64,000 nucleotides of DNA, from contig CAVPOC010000003.1 of NCBI GenBank assembly GCA_963706955.1, positions 640,001 to 704,000 of the forward strand. Reading direction: 5' to 3'. The position numbers and the translations under genes were made by a program. This DNA comes from an uncultured Verrucomicrobiae bacterium (lineage in GTDB: Bacteria > Verrucomicrobiota > Verrucomicrobiia > Chthoniobacterales > Terrimicrobiaceae). This document shows positions 58,464 to 64,000 of this stretch, in pieces. A model generated the notes under the pieces. It was not told the DNA's origin and did no database searches. It saw only the letters and a program-made list of their open reading frames with translations. Within the stretch, counting starts at the first letter, position 1. Each line of letters starts with the position of its first letter.

Positions 58464-61400
58464 GGCGCAGCGACGTGGCATTCGCTCGAGGCCGACCGAC
58501 CAAAAAAGCGGCTATCGTACATGGGAGAAATCTGGGTGGCCGGCCAGACGAAAGCTCCGCCAGCGGTAGCCCGCGCGAGGACGCTATAGCTGCGTGTGCC
58601 AGCGGGAAGTTCGTCGAAATAGAGGTTCGTTTGCTGGTCACGCATCTCGCTGTGTGAGAGATCTGCGGTTTCACTCTCCGCTTGTGCCGGAAGACCATAA
58701 AATTTACCAAAGAGGTCCAGATTGGGATTCACCACCTCGAGACCGGCAGGGAGCGGATCTTCGATGACGACGTAGCTCTGTGGCTTTTCCGACGAGATTC
58801 GATAGGAAATAAGAATCTGATCGCCGAGCTGGTAGGGCGCTCGGTCGCTGCCGTCGCGCGAGGGGTTCGTCAGGTTCTTGGTGACTCGGTCGATGCTCAG
58901 CCCGCGCGCTACTGGCGCGACCTGTCTCCCCGGCGGACGGTATTCGGCTTTCAAAACGTAACTGCCGCCCGGCTGGAGACCCGTGACCGCGAAGTCCGCC
59001 AACCTGGCGAGATCTTGCTTGCTCCAGCTCCCAGCCGTTCTGTTTGCAGAAAATGTTTCGGGCGGTGGATCGATACCTGCAAGCTGCGCTAACGGAGTGG
59101 CCCTCATGATGGCGTTGAAGGTGACCAGAAGCCAAAGATTTTCCTGGGTCGAGAGACTGGCGGAGGATTCCGTCAGCTTGAAGAGGCGATCGCGGATCGC
59201 CTCGGCACTCTTCTCCGGCTCGACAAGAAGTCGCGCCCATCCGCAGAGTGCTTCGGTGCGCGTCGCGGAGGCAAACGTTTCCGGGTTGAAGCTAATGGTG
59301 GTGAAGTCGCTGGGAAGTTCGCTGATGAGCACCCGCTGCTTCTCCTGCTCGAGTCCGAGATGGTGCATGGCAATTGCCAGCATCGCCTTCCCTTCGCCAC
59401 TCAGTTTATCCCGCTGCAGGAAAAGCTCCGTCGCGGCGGAAGCGGCGATGGCCGAAGCCTCTTCCTCAGCATCTGACAGCGCAAATATGGCGAACGCCCT
59501 CAAGGTGGGCGAGAGCGCCATTTGGGCCGAGACCATTTTCTCCACTGCCCCGGCGAGCTCGCTAGAGAGCCGCTCAGGAACAGCGAAGCCCGCTTGCTCC
59601 GCTTGACGGACGCACCAGGCCGTCTGGATGGTGACAAAATCATTGGGCTCGGTGCCACCGGCCCAGTAGGGCAGGCGGCCGTCCGGGAGGAGAGCTGCCT
59701 CAAACTCGCGCAGCGTTTCGCCGATGACGTGTTCGTAGGAGGCTCGTCGCGCCTGCACTTCGGGAAGGTACTCCAGGAGCCCGCCGAGCGATGTATAAGC
59801 GAGCAGGCGAGAGGATTTTTGTTCGAGGCAGCCATGGGGGTATTCGAGCAGAAAAGGCAACCCGACCAGCTTGCTTAACCAGGGTGTGGTCGAGACCGCC
59901 AACTGGAAGGTGCCGCGTCCTTGGCGCCAGGCAGGGAGCATGACTTCGTGGGCAGACAAGTCGGATCCCGTGACCAAGCCGGAGACGGACTCCTTCTGGA
60001 GAATCGCCGGCTCCGCGACCGGAAGCGTGACTTCAACGGCATCCATCAGCTTCGCGGCAGACGTCGCTTCGAATTTCACATTCGCCCACCCGGTAGAACG
60101 TGCCCGCGCCTTAAAACGAACGATGGCTGGCGTGTCTCGCGCGGCGGATACTTCCTCCTGAGCGGTCCCCTCGAGCTCCAGATCACCTCCGACGGTGCAA
60201 CGCACCGTCAGTTGCTCAGAATCGGAAACCTTTTGGCGCGCTACCGCTCTGAGTTCGACCTGATCGCCTTCCCTTAGGAATCGTGGAAGTGCCGGCTCGA
60301 TCAGGAGCTTCTTGCTCACGGCGAAGGTCGCATCGCCCGCGCCGAATTGACTGTTCCTGGTTTGGCCGATCGCGACGACCCGAAAGCGTGTGAGATTATC
60401 CGGAGCTTCGCATTCAAATCTCGCTACTCCCTTCGCATTCGTCCGCACGCTGGGTCGCCAGAGGATGAGTGGCTTAAACTCCTTTCGCGTGAAGGCGACG
60501 TTGCCAAATTGCTCCGCGCCGGCGTCTCCGGCGACGAAGCCTTTCATGGTGAGCCAAGACGGGACGATCTTGTCCACATACGCCTTCAAAGCCGAATACG
60601 TCACGACCGCGAAGTGGCGCGCAGGGAAAAAGTCGGCCAGCATCCGCGGGAGATTCCAGCCGCCTAGAGTGAGGATTGAATCGTCCACTGCGTAGATCAG
60701 GAGGTCGGCGCCCGCCACCGGCCGGCCCGCCGCTTTGACCGTGACTTCGCCCAAAACTTTCTCGCGTGGTTCGTATTCCGGGCGGCTCGTCCGAATAGAG
60801 ACCTCGAGCGCGCGGTCGGGCGCCTGCACTGCCAATTGGTCATAGCCATACATCTCGCCGGCGAGTTGGTCGGAACCACCGGGACGCAGCAAATAGACCG
60901 ACACGAAAACGTTGGGTTCATATTCGGGCCTGATCGGTATTTCAATTCGGCTCGTGTTTCCGTTAAGGGGAGCGGTGAAGGTATCGAGTAGCTTGTCTGT
61001 TTCCACGCTGACCCACGCGACACCTCCACTAGGAGCGAGCACATTCAACACTGCCTTTTCGCCCACCAGCCACGGCTTGGCGTTCTCCCGCGCCCCAGCC
61101 TTGACCGAAAACACGCTGGCGGAAGTATCGGATTGCACAGGCACTTCCGAGGCCTCGTCGCCGGCGAGATAAGCTTCCTCACTGACCGGAAATCCCGGAG
61201 CGCCAGGCAATGGCGAGATGAGCGCGACATATCGGCCCGGCATGCGTGGTGTAAATTCAAGCGAATCTTCCGTCACCTGCTGACGTTCCTCGACAAGTTC
61301 GTATTGGTCGAAGTTGCGATAGCGATAGACGTTTGGCGCCAGCCGCTCTTTGACCGACTTGGTCTGCACGTGAAAGAGTTGGACGTTCACTGCCTGCGGC

Positions 61401-64000
61401 GCTGTTGCGAAGGTTTCCTGCGCGTTCCAGAAAAACTGGACTTTATCGGCTTGACTCTCTCCTCTCCTGATCCCAAGCAGCACCGGAGCCATGGCGACGT
61501 TCTGTGTGGTTCCGCCGGTGATGGTTTGCCCATCAGGGCCGGTCACATCGACTCTCCAACTGACCTGGCAACGCGCGCGATTACCCGGATCTTTGAACGG
61601 CGCATCGCAACGGAGCACAACGCTGCCAGAACCATCCAGAACCGCTTCGCCCGCACTTTCTGCCGTGAAGTCCGGGCGTTTCGCATGCTCTGAATAAGAA
61701 TCGACGCGCGTCCAGTCATCCTCGCCACCGTCCTCGCCATCCGTCGAATCGCTGATCCATGTGGCTGTCCACTTCACAGGACTGCCCGCATTCGGAGCCC
61801 CGTGAAAATATTGTGATTGCACAGCAATGACCGACTCGGCCGGGTTCTTCGCAGCCAAGTTTTCGCAGATCACCGAGAAGGGCGGGTTTCTAAATTCCTG
61901 AATCTGAAAACGGGCTGGCGAGGTTGGTTGATCACCAACCACTGCCTTGAGGGTAAACTCTCCGACCGCCGAATCCATGGGCGGCATCCAGGTGCCATTC
62001 CACCCGCCTTCAGCATCCAGTTGAGCTTCACCACTCGCGAGCACTTCACCCGCATAGGCACGCTCGATCGTCCATTTGACTGCGCGGCCGAGCGGAATTT
62101 TCAGCGTCCCAGCTCGATCTTCACGGACGAATCCCTTGAACTGAATTGATTGGCCGGGACGATAGAGCGGCCGGTCAGTCAGCGTGTATGTTCGGAGCGC
62201 AGGAGGCGGACGGGCGCTGAGCGATCCTCCAGAAAATTGATCTGAAAGCGCGATCGGTTGAAGGGTTCCCTCGCAGAGAAAATATTTCGCCAAGGCAGTG
62301 ACCAGCATGTCGAAGGTTGCCAGTCCATTTTCATTGGTCGGAGAGCGGGCGATCTCGGTGAGGTCTTTGTCGAGCGCGGTGATGAACGACTTGTTCAGGG
62401 GGGTAGCGTCGCTCAAATTCGCGGCGCGGACGACGGAATGGCTTTTGGTGAGCTTGCGGGTGAGGGCGAGCTCGCCGAAGTAAATCACCGCCCGGTTACC
62501 GATGACCTTTCCTTGAAAATCTCGCCCGGTCACCTCCAGCAACTTCGCACCCGTGAGGACGGTGGAATCCCCAGGCTTCCAGGCAATCTCTCGCAAAACT
62601 TCTTTGTCCTCGCCCGCCGCGGGAACGTCTCCAGAGGCAATGACCGCAAGCCCCAGCTCGGAAATTAATGGTTGAGAGGTCTGGCGCTGAAACGTTCCCT
62701 CCTTCGTCCAAACCCGACGACCCTTCGAGTCTTCCAATAACGATTCAAATTCGCGTTCTCGCGAGAGAACTGACGGCAATTTGTCCAACGGCACATCCGC
62801 CAGCTTCCACTGGAGCTCGCTGGTATTCACCTGGTAGAAGGCGAACTTCAATCCAAGCACCGATCGTTGCCGGATTTGCTGAGCGGGAAAGAGGATCGCA
62901 CTTTCCTTGGGCCGAAAGCTGGCACCCCAGGTCTCCGATTTGAGAAGACCATATCCGGTCGTTCCCAGGATCTTATCAGAGACGGTCACCGAATAACGCG
63001 AGTTCGGCTTGAAGTCCCCCTCGGCGACCAGAAAGGAGCCATCCTTTCGAATGTCCAACCTAACAGCGGGCGAGATTTCCAGAGCATCCTGAGGCAGCTC
63101 CATGTCGCCCAGAGTTTGGCTGAACTTCACCTCGACCCTCGGAGTTTCGAGAGGGAAATTGCGCGCGACCACATAGTCGATCTGCAGAGAGCGGGTGGCG
63201 CCAATTGGGAAAACCTGCGGATACCGTAACGAGCGCCCGGCATAGGCGTCGCAAATACCATCCACCACCAGGTCGTAGCGACGACCGACGGGCAGCGATT
63301 GAAGCGGCCGGACACGAAAAACAGTTATCTCGTTAGCAGTTTCCTTCGCCTCGACGACTCGAGCGTCATCGGTCTTGCCCTCGGCAACATTCAGCAGGAT
63401 TTCTGCGGGAAACCTCTCTCGAGTGACCCGATCCTGAAACCAAACGCAATTCGCCGCGTCGGCAAGCCGCACGGGATAGTTGAACTCGAGGGGGACTTGT
63501 GGACTCGCGTTCAGGTTGTCGCGTTCACCGTAGCCTTCCTCAACCACTCGCAAAGGAGGGGTGGTCAGCTCAAGACCCCAAGCACTCACTTGCAAAGAAT
63601 TGCCGCTTTGATCGCGGGTACCCTCGCGCAAACGGAATCGATATGACTCGCCTGGGATCAATGGCCCTTTCACCATCAGCTCGCCTTGCGATTGGGTGCG
63701 CCAAATGAAAATAGTGTTGAGCGAAGGCGAAACCTCGATCGGCGACTCCAAGCCTTCGACATCAATCCTGTCCGGTGTCACCATCGCAGTAGGGAATGCA
63801 ACGGTCAGCAGGGTGCCCGGACGCAACGGCTCCTCCGCTCCATCGACGCTCAGTCCACCCCCACTCGGATCATTCGTAAACGGACGCTGATCGACGTCTT
63901 GCCGGATCGTAGGCTGGGGCGAGGGACGAGGCCAGAGCGACGGTCTGCTCTGGCTCGGCGGTTCCAGGGCGAGTAATGGACAAACCACCGCGAAGCTCGC
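58460..64000 (-). CDS. Bacterial alpha-2-macroglobulin (5' end probably outside the window)
   Basis: TDRPLYRPG, thioester motif YPHGCLEQ, APDNLT.FR, LPRFLREGD, IEDPLPAGLE and MYD. Confidence 0.93.
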   Translation of the reverse strand, partial: ASFAVVCPLLALEPPSQSRPSLWPRPSPQPTIRQDVDQRPFTNDPSGGGLSVDGAEEPLRPGTLLTVAFPTAMVTPDRIDVEGLESPIEVSPSLNTIFIWRTQSQGELMVKGPLIPGESYRFRLREGTRDQSGNSLQVSAWGLELTTPPLRVVEEGYGERDNLNASPQVPLEFNYPVRLADAANCVWFQDRVTRERFPAEILLNVAEGKTDDARVVEAKETANEITVFRVRPLQSLPVGRRYDLVVDGICDAYAGRSLRYPQVFPIGATRSLQIDYVVARNFPLETPRVEVKFSQTLGDMELPQDALEISPAVRLDIRKDGSFLVAEGDFKPNSRYSVTVSDKILGTTGYGLLKSETWGASFRPKESAILFPAQQIRQRSVLGLKFAFYQVNTSELQWKLADVPLDKLPSVLSREREFESLLEDSKGRRVWTKEGTFQRQTSQPLISELGLAVIASGDVPAAGEDKEVLREIAWKPGDSTVLTGAKLLEVTGRDFQGKVIGNRAVIYFGELALTRKLTKSHSVVRAANLSDATPLNKSFITALDKDLTEIARSPTNENGLATFDMLVTALAKYFLCEGTLQPIALSDQFSGGSLSARPPPALRTYTLTDRPLYRPGQSIQFKGFVREDRAGTLKIPLGRAVKWTIERAYAGEVLASGEAQLDAEGGWNGTWMPPMDSAVGEFTLKAVVGDQPTSPARFQIQEFRNPPFSVICENLAAKNPAESVIAVQSQYFHGAPNAGSPVKWTATWISDSTDGEDGGEDDWTRVDSYSEHAKRPDFTAESAGEAVLDGSGSVVLRCDAPFKDPGNRARCQVSWRVDVTGPDGQTITGGTTQNVAMAPVLLGIRRGESQADKVQFFWNAQETFATAPQAVNVQLFHVQTKSVKERLAPNVYRYRNFDQYELVEERQQVTEDSLEFTPRMPGRYVALISPLPGAPGFPVSEEAYLAGDEASEVPVQSDTSASVFSVKAGARENAKPWLVGEKAVLNVLAPSGGVAWVSVETDKLLDTFTAPLNGNTSRIEIPIRPEYEPNVFVSVYLLRPGGSDQLAGEMYGYDQLAVQAPDRALEVSIRTSRPEYEPREKVLGEVTVKAAGRPVAGADLLIYAVDDSILTLGGWNLPRMLADFFPARHFAVVTYSALKAYVDKIVPSWLTMKGFVAGDAGAEQFGNVAFTRKEFKPLILWRPSVRTNAKGVARFECEAPDNLTRFRVVAIGQTRNSQFGAGDATFAVSKKLLIEPALPRFLREGDQVELRAVARQKVSDSEQLTVRCTVGGDLELEGTAQEEVSAARDTPAIVRFKARARSTGWANVKFEATSAAKLMDAVEVTLPVAEPAILQKESVSGLVTGSDLSAHEVMLPAWRQGRGTFQLAVSTTPWLSKLVGLPFLLEYPHGCLEQKSSRLLAYTSLGGLLEYLPEVQARRASYEHVIGETLREFEAALLPDGRLPYWAGGTEPNDFVTIQTAWCVRQAEQAGFAVPERLSSELAGAVEKMVSAQMALSPTLRAFAIFALSDAEEEASAIAASAATELFLQRDKLSGEGKAMLAIAMHHLGLEQEKQRVLISELPSDFTTISFNPETFASATRTEALCGWARLLVEPEKSAEAIRDRLFKLTESSASLSTQENLWLLVTFNAIMRATPLAQLAGIDPPPETFSANRTAGSWSKQDLARLADFAVTGLQPGGSYVLKAEYRPPGRQVAPVARGLSIDRVTKNLTNPSRDGSDRAPYQLGDQILISYRISSEKPQSYVVIEDPLPAGLEVVNPNLDLFGKFYGLPAQAESETADLSHSEMRDQQTNLYFDELPAGTRSYSVLARATAGGAFVWPATQISPMYDSRFFGRSASSECHVAAP

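Overview
A GC-rich bacterial chromosomal segment, most likely from a Verrucomicrobiota member of the Spartobacteria/Terrimicrobiaceae/Chthoniobacterales group. This is inferred from a Verru_Chthon-like pilin cassette and the style of the exported proteins, not from a database search. In order it holds: (1) a 5'-truncated membrane protein of more than 1,200 aa; (2) a nitroreductase-like gene with an ABM-domain gene, and a HAD hydrolase; (3) ackA-pta and archaeal/eukaryotic-type proS; (4) an M20 deacylase, a nucleotide-sugar epimerase, a VWA protein and DUF4126; (5) a putative porin with a sigma-54 promoter, an orphan PotA-like ATPase, a ThDP decarboxylase and a CYTH protein; (6) two tandem RND pumps with MarR and TetR regulators and palindromic operators; (7) an amidohydrolase coupled to a four-gene minor-pilin cassette in GspH-I-J-K order plus an extra exported protein; (8) a partial proteobacterial-type inositol cluster (iolCDBA, iolR), an EamA transporter and an orphan AddB-like nuclease; (9) rpsU with an SDR and a thioesterase, GH130, and the alpha-2-macroglobulin/pbpC pair. 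At least seven single-base frameshifts in six genes (one in essential proS, most in C/G runs) look like sequencing errors. Non-coding features include GTAG-type REP doublets with compensatory stem changes, a second REP-like family and inverted AT-rich heptamer repeats. I recognised no tRNA, rRNA, CRISPR array or transposase. All family assignments come from motif recognition by eye.
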